A stretch of DNA of 64,000 nt from Solirubrobacterales bacterium (GTDB taxonomy: Bacteria; Actinomycetota; Thermoleophilia; Solirubrobacterales; Solirubrobacteraceae). Position numbers and translations under genes: made by a program. Shown here piece after piece: positions 49,245 to 57,291 of this stretch. Each line of letters opens with the position of its first letter. Within the stretch, counting starts at the first letter, position 1. The notes beneath the pieces were generated by a model that worked only from the letters and a program-made list of their open reading frames with translations, had not been told where the DNA came from and searched no databases. Location: assembly GCA_026392255.1 (NCBI GenBank), contig JAPLCJ010000049.1:6921-70920 (forward strand), in the 5' to 3' direction.

Positions 49245-49757
49245 GTGGCACCTCCCAAGGAGATGCTCAACAGACTGGAGGACCTGCCCCTCCTACCACC
49301 TGACGCCCTCTCTCCCGGGCTGACGCTGCGAGTGCACGTTGCTAATACCCACATCGCCCGCCTCAAGGGGTTGGCAGGCCGAAGGGTCCAGCCGACCCCA
49401 GATGTTGGTCTTCTACTTACCCACACGGCGGCCGTCCACACATGGGGGATGAGATTTCCGCTTGACCTGATCTGGCTCTCCAAAGCAGGTGTCGTGATCC
49501 GCATAGATCGCAATGTCGGTCCGCGTCGGCATGTCCTCTGCCGCGGGGCTAGCGCAGTGATTGAAACGCCCAACAACCCTGCCCACCCACTCGGGCTTGA
49601 GGAAGGCCACCGGCTGACGACGCAAATGCGTACTCTTCCCCGTCTGCCACCCCCGCAGGGGTGGGGAACTAAAAAGACTGACAACAAGGAGAGATTGACA
49701 TGGGAGAGAAGCTCGGCATCGCAGGCTCAGGAGCCATCGCAACAGGACTCGCCGTAA
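49245..49757 (+). CDS. DUF192 domain protein
   Basis: It has ARLKGLAGR...LLLTHTAAVHTWGMRFPLDLIWL...VIETP. The start is uncertain. The 3' end overlaps the next gene by 58 nt. Confidence 0.65.
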   Translation: MAPPKEMLNRLEDLPLLPPDALSPGLTLRVHVANTHIARLKGLAGRRVQPTPDVGLLLTHTAAVHTWGMRFPLDLIWLSKAGVVIRIDRNVGPRRHVLCRGASAVIETPNNPAHPLGLEEGHRLTTQMRTLPRLPPPQGWGTKKTDNKERLTWERSSASQAQEPSQQDSP

Positions 49758-50500
49758 CCGCAGCAGCAAACGGTGAAGTAACCCTCTGGGCACGCTCAGA
49801 CGCGTCTGCAGACCGAGCACGTGGAGTGATCGAGAAGCTCTCAGGCAAGCTCGACGACGCAGACCGCGCAGCACGCGTCACCGTCACCACCGACCTAGCT
49901 GACCTCGCCGGATCGACCTATGTTGTTGAGGCAATCGTCGAGGAGCTTGAGCCCAAGAAGGCCATGCTCGCCGAGATCGCCGCAATCGTTGGAGACGGCA
50001 CAGTTATCGCCTCCACAACATCCTCACTTCCAGTCGCCGAACTCTCCGCTGCCAGCGGCCAGTCCGATCGGTTCGCAGCACTCCATGTGTTCAACCCAGT
50101 CCCACAGATGAAGCTGATCGAACTCTGCTTCCCTGATGAGGCAAATGAGGACACAAAGGCCCGCACCCGTGCACTCTGCGACGAGCTTGGCAAGACTGCC
50201 GTCGAGGTACCCGACGTTCCAGGCTTCGTTGTCAACGCACTCCTCTTCCCTTACCTGTTCCACGCGGTCGAGCATTCGGAGAAGACCGGCATTGCCCCAG
50301 CCGACATTGACACCGCCATGAAGCTCGGAGCCGGCCACCCAATGGGACCAATGGCGCTCCTCGACTTTGTAGGGCTTGACGTGTCAGCAGCAATCGGTGA
50401 CGAGATCGGTGCGACCGTGCCTCAGAAGGTTCGTGACCTGATCGCCGCCGGAGACCTTGGCCGCAAGACCGGCAAGGGCCTTCTCGACTGGAGCCGCTAA
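49700..50500 (+). CDS. 3-hydroxyacyl-CoA / 3-hydroxybutyryl-CoA dehydrogenase
   Basis: It has IAGSGAIATG (a Rossmann motif), VEAIVEELEPKK, TSSL and FHVFNPVPQMKLIE. There is a strong SD (AAGGAGAG). Confidence 0.9.
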   Translation: MGEKLGIAGSGAIATGLAVTAAANGEVTLWARSDASADRARGVIEKLSGKLDDADRAARVTVTTDLADLAGSTYVVEAIVEELEPKKAMLAEIAAIVGDGTVIASTTSSLPVAELSAASGQSDRFAALHVFNPVPQMKLIELCFPDEANEDTKARTRALCDELGKTAVEVPDVPGFVVNALLFPYLFHAVEHSEKTGIAPADIDTAMKLGAGHPMGPMALLDFVGLDVSAAIGDEIGATVPQKVRDLIAAGDLGRKTGKGLLDWSR

Positions 50501-50511
50501 GCAGCCCAGCC

Positions 50512-50620
50512 AAAACGAGAAGCCGACCCTAAGGTCGGCGCTGTCATAGAAAACGAGAAGCCGACCTTACGGTCGGCGCTGTCATAGAAAACGAGAAGCC
50601 GACCTTACGGTCGGCTTCTC
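50512..50620. repeat. 38-bp tandem repeat (about 2.7 copies). Each copy carries a GCCGACC-N4-GGTCGGC hairpin, and the last copy forms a 12-bp-stem terminator.
   Basis: Copy 1 is 50512-50549 and copy 2 is 50550-50587; they differ at 2 positions, both in the loop. Partial copy 3 starts at 50588 and ends as GAGAAGCCGACC-ttac-GGTCGGCTTCTC (50594-50621). On the minus strand each hairpin is followed by CGTTTTC. Confidence 0.9.
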
Positions 50621-50795
50621 TGGCTTGGCGATGGACCCGCCCCGGCCCATCGTCTCCCTCCCCCATACCGCCGACGTGGTCGGCGGCGTGCGAGAAGGCA
50701 AATATACAACTAAAAGGGGCCTTGCGCTAAAAATCACTAGGGCCGCTTTAGGTGACGGCCGTCACACGACTGCCCCTATTGACGATTCGGCTATT

Positions 50796-52127
50796 TCAGC
50801 TCTCTGAAGATTCAGAGCCGGTTGCCGGCGCATTTACGCTCGGCGGCCGCACGCGCACAGATTCGATCCTGTTGTCCTTCATCGCCTCGACGCGCAATAC
50901 GTGACCGTTCACGGTCACCGTGTCGCCTCGATGAGGCCTGCGGCCCAGTTCTGAGAACACAAGGCCACCGATCGATGTGTAGTCATCGGTTTCCTCAGTG
51001 AGCTCAATCCCGTGCTCGACAAGATCCAACATTGGGAACTCACCCTTGACAAGAAAGTCTCCATTGGCCAGTGATCGAATCGGGCCACCCATTGGATCCG
51101 TCTCATCGTCGATCTCGCCGACGATCTCCTCGACAATGTCCTCCACGGTAACGATGCCACTGGTTCTGCCGTACTCGTCAGCAACCACAGCAAGCGTCAC
51201 CCGCTGATGCTGAAGGTCGGCGAGCAGATCATCCAATGGCTTGTTCTCGGGGACAAGCGGTGCCTGCTTCTCAAGGCCTGCCAAAGGAGCATCAGCCCCG
51301 TCACTCAGAAGGCGCTGGGTCAGCAGGCTCGAATGAACCACACCCCGCACCTGGTCGACATCCTCGCCGTCAACCACAAGTAAGCGGGTGTGGCCGGATG
51401 AGATACAAAGCTTTAGTGCTTCTCCGACGGTGTTAGCAACATCGACCGTTGTTACGGAAGGAATCGGGGTCATTACCTGTCGGGCCTCCTGCTCATGCAG
51501 GTGGAAGACGCCCGCCAACATGCCGGCCTCGCTGCGTTCAAGCTGCCCGCCTTCAGATGACTCGGCGATCAGCATTTTGATCTCCCCCGAGGTCTGGACG
51601 CTGCCTGTCAACTCTGCTGGGTCCTGCCCGAGCAGACGGAGAATTCCGTGGGAAGCCTTTGTCAGAACGAACGAAAGTGGCCGAACGGCAACCTCAAACC
51701 AGTGCATTGGCTTTGCAACCTTCCTCAGCACTCCTTCCGCGTGGCCAATCGCATAAAGCTTAGGAACCAGTTCGCCGATGGTGATGTGCGCACTGGTGAT
51801 CAGCATGTAACTGATCACGATCGCGATCACAACCGCGACACCCTCTGCCGCCACCGCACCCAATGGACCCTCCAGCAGGTGAGCGAGTGTCTGTTCGCCG
51901 ACAGCACCAATACCGATGGAAGTCATGGTGATTCCCACCTGGCAGGCTGAGATGGTCTCGGCGATGTCGTCCATGGTTCGCAAGGCAGCCTCTGCGCCTC
52001 GCATGCCTTCGACCTTCATCTCCTCCAACCGACCGCGGCGGGACCGAACCAGCGCGTACTCGGCAACAACAAAGAACGCATTGCCTAATAGCAAGGCTGC
52101 CGTGAAGAGCAGGAGCAGAAGAGTCAT
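50796..52127 (-). CDS. CNNM/CorC/TlyC-family protein (DUF21 + CBS pair + CorC_HlyC)
   Basis: The N-terminus LLLGNAFFVVAEYALVRSRR is the DUF21 signature. CBS domains and the C-terminal transporter-associated domain follow. Confidence 0.9.
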   Translation of the reverse strand: MTLLLLLFTAALLLGNAFFVVAEYALVRSRRGRLEEMKVEGMRGAEAALRTMDDIAETISACQVGITMTSIGIGAVGEQTLAHLLEGPLGAVAAEGVAVVIAIVISYMLITSAHITIGELVPKLYAIGHAEGVLRKVAKPMHWFEVAVRPLSFVLTKASHGILRLLGQDPAELTGSVQTSGEIKMLIAESSEGGQLERSEAGMLAGVFHLHEQEARQVMTPIPSVTTVDVANTVGEALKLCISSGHTRLLVVDGEDVDQVRGVVHSSLLTQRLLSDGADAPLAGLEKQAPLVPENKPLDDLLADLQHQRVTLAVVADEYGRTSGIVTVEDIVEEIVGEIDDETDPMGGPIRSLANGDFLVKGEFPMLDLVEHGIELTEETDDYTSIGGLVFSELGRRPHRGDTVTVNGHVLRVEAMKDNRIESVRVRPPSVNAPATGSESSES

Positions 52128-52241
52128 CGTGCCTCGCAGAGAGTCAGCGCAATCAAGTGCGCGGTGCTACTTCGGTACGGAGATTCGTCGCCTTCAGGCA
52201 TCCAGGGATTCTTGCGCAAGCGTACCCCGCAAGACGGCGCT

Positions 52242-52529
52242 CTAGTGCCCATGCAGGGCGTCTATCGCCCGCGAGAGGTCCACATCGAGTTGAGTGACTC
52301 CCCCTGCTGAATGGGTGGAGAGCGTTACCCGAACCTTGTTCCAGCCGTGGGCGAGGATGTCCGGGTGATGATCAGCGGCCTCCGCGAGTCCAGCAACTTG
52401 GTCTGCAAACGCCCACGCGGATGCAAAGTCAGCGAACTCACGGTCAAGTACCAGCGCTCCTCCTGCTGTGACCCACTCCGAGTCTGCGACAGCCGCTGTC
52501 AACTCCTGCTCACTCAACTTGTCCGCCAT
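52242..52529 (-). CDS. 4a-hydroxytetrahydrobiopterin dehydratase (PCD/DCoH)
   Basis: It has AEAADHHPDILAHGWNKVRVTLSTH. The start is trimmed to MADKLSEQEL (ATG at 52529). Confidence 0.85.
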   Translation of the reverse strand: MADKLSEQELTAAVADSEWVTAGGALVLDREFADFASAWAFADQVAGLAEAADHHPDILAHGWNKVRVTLSTHSAGGVTQLDVDLSRAIDALHGH

Positions 52530-52636
52530 CAGTCCCCCTGTCGTCGATCTGATTAACGAGAGTAGCGATACTGCTCTGTCATCAGATTCGCTAGCGTCAG
52601 TGTGGAGTTCCACTAACCGAAGGAGTATTTGTACCC

Positions 52637-53218
52637 ATGTCCCGTAAGTTCCTCGCAGTGTCAATCTCCGGCATGGCCATTCTTCTGGGTGCCTGTGGCT
52701 CAAGTAGTCCTACGGACCAGATCCGCTCAACCTTCAGCGAAGCCACCTCGGGGCTGACCTCTGGTGATGGAGCCAAGTTCTGCAACTCCCTCACACCTAC
52801 AGCTCAGAAGACATTCGGAACGCAGATCGCCGCAGCAACTGGTGGCACAACCTGCGCTCAAGGCGTGACTAACCTGCTCAAGGCCACCAAAGCCATTTCG
52901 ACCGGTGATTGGGCTTCCTTCTGTCAACTGATTGGCCCCAAGCAGGCAGCGGGCATCGCTCAAGCTGGCCCTAGGCTCAAGACGGCCAAGACCTGCGCCG
53001 CAGCAGCCACCGCCCTAGCTGCCACACCAGCCGGAAAGGCGTCCTTTGACCAGTTGGGCAAGCAACTCGACGAGTCTCTCTCGCGCCTTGGCAAAGGCAA
53101 GCTCGAGAAGATCACGATCACTGGTGACACCGCTGTCGCGACCGTCAACCCATCTCAGCCGGGTGACAAACCAATCAAGTTCCAGAAGGTCAACGGAAGC
53201 TGGAAGATCAGCGAGTAA
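52637..53218 (+). CDS. Putative lipoprotein
   Basis: It has the lipobox AILLGAC. I recognise no other motif. Confidence 0.6.
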   Translation: MSRKFLAVSISGMAILLGACGSSSPTDQIRSTFSEATSGLTSGDGAKFCNSLTPTAQKTFGTQIAAATGGTTCAQGVTNLLKATKAISTGDWASFCQLIGPKQAAGIAQAGPRLKTAKTCAAAATALAATPAGKASFDQLGKQLDESLSRLGKGKLEKITITGDTAVATVNPSQPGDKPIKFQKVNGSWKISE

Positions 53219-53239
53219 TCCTGGCGGGCCTCGGGCCGC

Positions 53240-54064
53240 CTAGTTGGGAATCAGACCGACGCTTGACGCAGCGGCAATGCCAATGACCACTGCGGCAACG
53301 CCGATCGCTGCGCAAGCGGCAAGGGCCGCGTTCTTACCGTGGCGCTCGCCGACTTCCTCCAGCACGAAACCAGCGAACAGCCCGCCGGCCACGCCACCGA
53401 CATGAGCGCCGATAGCAATACCGGGAACCGCAAACGTAATAACGAGGTTGATCACTAGAACCGGCCCAAGACCCGTGTTCCAGATGTTTGTCCCCCGCCG
53501 GTGAGCCATCACAATCGCGGCGCCAAGCAAGCCAAATGCAGCACCTGAGGCACCAACAACCGGCACCTGAGGCTGCAACACAAGCGCACCCATCGAGCCG
53601 CAGAGCAGGCTGACCACATAGAGGGTCAGGAACCTCGCCTTACCGAGCGCGGGCTCTAGCTGGGAACCCAGTATCCAGATGAACACCATGTTCATGAACA
53701 GGTGGAAGAAGCCGGCGTGCAGGAAGCCGCTGGTAACCAACCGCCAGTACTCGCCACCCTCGGAGACCGCCGGGCCGTAGAGCTGCCCGTTGAACATCAC
53801 TTGGCCTTGCCCACCCGAGGCAAGACCGCCACCTGCAAGGGCGGAGATCAGGAACACAATTACGTTCAGAGCGATCAGCGTCACGGTGACCATCGGCAGG
53901 TCACTCTGAACGGCACGATTGGTTATCCGTGTCTTCTCCCGCGAACAGTTAGGGCAGCGCATCCCGACCGGCGTTGGGGTCATGCAATCGGGGCAGATTG
54001 GGTTCCCGCAGGCTGAGCAAGAAACGCCTGTTTCGACTCCACGGTGGAATGTGCACTCAGCCAT
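53240..54064 (-). CDS. Rhomboid family intramembrane serine protease with an N-terminal zinc ribbon
   Basis: It has CSACGNPICPDC...RCPNC, then TM helices with GASGAAFGL (catalytic Ser) and AHVGGVAGG (His). The start is trimmed to the ATG at 54064. Confidence 0.85.
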   Translation of the reverse strand: MAECTFHRGVETGVSCSACGNPICPDCMTPTPVGMRCPNCSREKTRITNRAVQSDLPMVTVTLIALNVIVFLISALAGGGLASGGQGQVMFNGQLYGPAVSEGGEYWRLVTSGFLHAGFFHLFMNMVFIWILGSQLEPALGKARFLTLYVVSLLCGSMGALVLQPQVPVVGASGAAFGLLGAAIVMAHRRGTNIWNTGLGPVLVINLVITFAVPGIAIGAHVGGVAGGLFAGFVLEEVGERHGKNAALAACAAIGVAAVVIGIAAASSVGLIPN

Positions 54065-54093
54065 TGGGCAAAGACGGTAGCGGCCGGCGGCGG

Positions 54094-55770
54094 TCAGGCC
54101 GACGCAGACCGTGACGGCTTGCGCCGAGCCGGCTTGGTCGTGGTGACTCGATCGCGCCACCGCTCCGGATCAATCTGTCCGGCGACGAGCCTTGCGAGCA
54201 TGCGCGTCTCAGGTGCGCGCGCGCCGTCTTGGGTCAGCTTGGCCGCCAGCAAGGAGACCGTGTCAAGCGACTCGATCGCCTGCCCAATTGAGGCCTCAAT
54301 CTCGCTCACCGCAAGCCCCTTAGAGAGCATCTCGCCCGCACGGCGGTTGCGACTGCCCTCCGCGAGGACCGTTGCGACAAGGTCTCCTGCTCCAGCAAGG
54401 CCAGCAAAAGTCTCCAGCCGGGCTCCACGCTCACCAGCCCAGGCAACGATCTCAGCCCACACGCGGCCAGCCGCCGCCCCAGCAGCATTCGGTCCGCCAC
54501 TCATCGCAGCGGCGGCGGCCAGTGCCGCGACATTCTTGGCGCAACCGGCCATCTCAACGCCCATAACATCAGAGGTGGTCTCTACATAGGTCCGGGCCTC
54601 ACGCAGCGGGGCGGCAAGGCGCTCAAGCAACACTCGGTCTTCTGACGCCAGCACAAACGCAGCACCCTTCTCCAGCGCCCCAGCTGCATGGGCTGGACCG
54701 CCAATAGAGGCCACTGAATGCCCTGCGGCGCGCTTGGCTACATATTCCGCTGGAAGATCCCCCAGGTGAGGGACCAGGCCTTTGCTGAGCAGGACGATCC
54801 CCGTGGACTGAGGCATGCGTGGAGCGTGCGCGGCCAGCGCGGCAGGCAATGCTCGCGACGGCACAGCGAAGCAAACCAGGTCACACGCAGTCGCATCTAG
54901 GTCCGCCGCTCTTACCGCCCGAACCCGGTCTGGGAGCACCACCCCAGGCAGGTAGGGCTCGTTCTCTTTCAGTCTGTTGAGTGTTTGGACTTGCTCGGCG
55001 TTGCGGCAGGCCAGCACCACCTCAACATTGGCTCTTGCCAGCAATACGGCGAGTGCCGTACCGGCAGAGCCCGCACCAACAATCGCTACGCGTCGTAGCG
55101 GTGCAATGCCGCCTAGGAGCTCCCACTGGAGGCAGATAGGTGACCAAATCCTGTCTGTGACAGAGAGTGCAAGGTTTGGTGTGAGGTCCTCCCGCTCGAC
55201 CTTAGGGAACCTCAGTGGCCTACCGATCATGATTCGGACCTTGTGTGGCCGGACTCGGAATCCCTTGCGGATCCTCTCGGTACCGATAACCGCAACGGGG
55301 ACAACCGGCGCCCCTGAGATCAGTGAGAGGCGCGCGGCGCCTGTCTTTGCTTTGCCGAGTGGCCCAGGCCGCACCCGCGTACCTTCCGGGAAGATCAGGA
55401 CACAGTCACCACGCGCGAGGATCATCTCGGCTGTGGCCAACATCTCAGCGTCACCGCGGTCCCGGTTGACCGGGAACGCACCAAGCCTCGAGATCAGCCA
55501 ACCGCCAATCCTGTGTGAGAAAAGCTCCTTCTTCGCCACGTAGTAAATCGGGCGACGGAGGCAACAACCGATCACGAACGGGTCAAGGAAAGACCTGTGA
55601 TTTGCCGTCACGATGACCGGGCCCGACTTGGGTATGTGCGCCATTCCTTTTCGGGAGGTCCGGAAGTAAATCAGGAAGAAAGGCTGGAGAATTGACCTCG
55701 CAAGCCAGTAAAGGGCGGTGTTTACGCCCTTCTCGCGTGCATAGGTGTGAAGTGCGTCACGATCCACCAC
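54094..55770 (-). CDS. plsC/gpsA: Fusion protein: an N-terminal 1-acyl-sn-glycerol-3-phosphate acyltransferase (PlsC) domain plus a C-terminal NAD(P)H-dependent glycerol-3-phosphate dehydrogenase (GpsA)
   Basis: PlsC blocks: TANHRSFLDPF (HxxxxD) and IFPEGTR. GpsA blocks: VAIVGAGSAGTALA, NEPYLPG, KGL..., GVEMAGCAKNV. It is a single uninterrupted 558-aa ORF with a GTG start. Confidence 0.85.
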   Translation of the reverse strand: MVDRDALHTYAREKGVNTALYWLARSILQPFFLIYFRTSRKGMAHIPKSGPVIVTANHRSFLDPFVIGCCLRRPIYYVAKKELFSHRIGGWLISRLGAFPVNRDRGDAEMLATAEMILARGDCVLIFPEGTRVRPGPLGKAKTGAARLSLISGAPVVPVAVIGTERIRKGFRVRPHKVRIMIGRPLRFPKVEREDLTPNLALSVTDRIWSPICLQWELLGGIAPLRRVAIVGAGSAGTALAVLLARANVEVVLACRNAEQVQTLNRLKENEPYLPGVVLPDRVRAVRAADLDATACDLVCFAVPSRALPAALAAHAPRMPQSTGIVLLSKGLVPHLGDLPAEYVAKRAAGHSVASIGGPAHAAGALEKGAAFVLASEDRVLLERLAAPLREARTYVETTSDVMGVEMAGCAKNVAALAAAAAMSGGPNAAGAAAGRVWAEIVAWAGERGARLETFAGLAGAGDLVATVLAEGSRNRRAGEMLSKGLAVSEIEASIGQAIESLDTVSLLAAKLTQDGARAPETRMLARLVAGQIDPERWRDRVTTTKPARRKPSRSASA

Positions 55771-55859
55771 GGTGGAGCCTACCGGCGCTCCGGGCGGCGA
55801 CCAAAGCCATCTCGCCCAAAGGACTCAACGCCCTCTTGAGCGGTGTATCGTCGCAATGG

Positions 55860-56225
55860 ATGACCCTCTCTAAGCGGACAACCAACGGAGCTATAGCCGG
55901 TGGCATTGCGTCACTCGTGTGGGCGATCACCGAGCCACTCGACAAGCCAGTCTTCAACTGTGAATACAGCGATGTTGAGCTCCTCGGCAAGGCTGTGACG
56001 CGTGGTCGGCTCTGGCCAATAGCTGGCCTGATCCAGCACCTCCTAAACGGCGCGCTGTTTGGCGCTGTTTACGCAAATGTCGCACCCAAAACCCCTGTCC
56101 CAGCTCCACTCCGCGGCGTTGCGGCGGGTATGACAGAACACCTCGCTTCATGGCCGGCCGTAGGCCTTGCTGTTGGCGCCATCTCCTCTTCGGAGGGGTC
56201 CTCGGCGCAGTCGAGGCGAAACTAA
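55860..56225 (+). CDS. Hypothetical small membrane protein
   Basis: A track ORF trimmed to the ATG at 55860 (MTLSKRTTNGAIAGGIASLVWAI...). It has hydrophobic segments. The C-terminal 25 aa look low-complexity. Confidence 0.4.
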   Translation: MTLSKRTTNGAIAGGIASLVWAITEPLDKPVFNCEYSDVELLGKAVTRGRLWPIAGLIQHLLNGALFGAVYANVAPKTPVPAPLRGVAAGMTEHLASWPAVGLAVGAISSSEGSSAQSRRN

Positions 56226-56247
56226 ACAGAGACGCCACCTCCGCTTG

Positions 56248-57183
56248 ATGGCAACGCGGACCCTGATCACCGGGGCAACAGGCTTTGTCGGCACTCACCT
56301 AGCTCAATACTGCCTAGATCAGGGTGACGAGGTCCACGGCCTATCGCGCACTGCCAACGCTGAGACTGCACAGAACATCGTCTGTGACCTGCTCGACCTC
56401 GACGCAGCGAAACGCAGCGTCGCTAACGCTCAGCCAGAGGTAGTCCATCACCTTGCAGCCCTTGCTTCCACCGGGCGTTCGTGGCAGGACCCAGCACGCT
56501 GCATCAACGACAACCAGGCAATGACTTGGAACTTGCTCGAGGCAGTGCGGGCAGAAGCGCCAGAGGCAATCGTCCTGCTGGCCGGCAGCGGTGAGTCCTA
56601 CGGTCGCCCGCAGGACCTTCCAATCAGAGAGAACCACCGGCTTGCTCCCACATCGCCCTATGCCATTGCAAAGACCGCGTGTGACCTGATTGGTGGGCTG
56701 TTCGCCGAAGCCCACGGCCTAAAGGTCATCCGGGCCAGGGCGTTTAACCACGCCGGCCCCAACCAGGCTGGCGAGTTCCTGATCGGCTCGCTTGTAGCCC
56801 AAGTGGCGACAGCTGCCGCCTCAGGTGAGGACAGCGTCACTCTGCTCACAGGGAGTGGTGACATTCGGCGGGACTACACAGATGTGCGCGATGTCGTCCG
56901 TGCCTACCGCGATCTGGCCCTGAGTAACACGACCGGCGTTGTGAACGTCTGTCGCGGAGCCTCCACATCCACGTCTGAGATAGTCGCCCTAGTGGCTCAG
57001 GCCGCTGGTGATCGGGTCAACGTCGAGCATTCGGTCGACGATGCGCTGATCCGTCCCCACGAGACTCCTGAGGTGGTCGGCTCTCCTGATCTGATCAACA
57101 GACTGATCGGCTGGCAGGCCCAAATCCCGCTCGAGCAGACCGTGGCCGACGCGCTCGAAGCAGCATTGGCCGCCTCCGCCTAA
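56248..57183 (+). CDS. NAD-dependent epimerase/dehydratase (SDR; GDP-sugar reductase/dehydratase-like)
   Basis: It has LITGATGFVGTHL and the catalytic YAIAK. The start is trimmed to the ATG at 56248. Confidence 0.85.
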   Translation: MATRTLITGATGFVGTHLAQYCLDQGDEVHGLSRTANAETAQNIVCDLLDLDAAKRSVANAQPEVVHHLAALASTGRSWQDPARCINDNQAMTWNLLEAVRAEAPEAIVLLAGSGESYGRPQDLPIRENHRLAPTSPYAIAKTACDLIGGLFAEAHGLKVIRARAFNHAGPNQAGEFLIGSLVAQVATAAASGEDSVTLLTGSGDIRRDYTDVRDVVRAYRDLALSNTTGVVNVCRGASTSTSEIVALVAQAAGDRVNVEHSVDDALIRPHETPEVVGSPDLINRLIGWQAQIPLEQTVADALEAALAASA

Positions 57184-57204
57184 ACTCGTCGTTGTGCAGT
57201 ACCC

Positions 57205-57278
57205 GCCGGAGTAGCTCAGCTGGTCAGAGCACCTGTCTTGTAAACAGGGGGTCACGAGTTCGAATCTCGTCTCCGGCT
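57205..57278 (+). tRNA. tRNA-Thr (anticodon UGU)
   Basis: Folded by hand: acceptor GCCGGAG/CTCCGGC, D-arm GCTC-AGCTGGTCA-GAGC, anticodon arm CCTGT-CTTGTAA-ACAGG, variable GGGTC, T-arm ACGAG-TTCGAAT-CTCGT, discriminator T. No CCA is encoded. Confidence 0.95.
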
Positions 57279-57291
57279 TTATTCGCGATAG

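Noticed and set aside
50512-50620. Possible CRISPR array
   Set aside because: The repeats are directly adjacent with no unique spacers, there are only about 2.7 copies, and no cas genes lie in the window. It is a tandem repeat and not a CRISPR array.
50625-50807. 60-aa track ORF in the hbd/CorC spacer
   Set aside because: It has no SD, runs through palindromes and the AT-rich patch, and overlaps the 3' end of the convergent CorC gene. I treat it as non-coding.
52128-52241. Possible riboswitch upstream of the CorC/CNNM-family gene (a magnesium or related leader)
   Set aside because: I found only a 7-bp hairpin (TCTTGCG...CGCAAGA) that overlaps a 10-nt palindrome. It more likely belongs to the upstream PCD gene's 3' end. 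I could not recognise any M-box or other known motif blocks.
57205-57291. tRNA-Thr as a possible integration site for a genomic island covering the MMPL/BVMO region
   Set aside because: There is no integrase or recombinase. I could find no direct repeat of the tRNA 3' end downstream, and the composition does not visibly change. The flanking genes look like ordinary chromosomal cargo.
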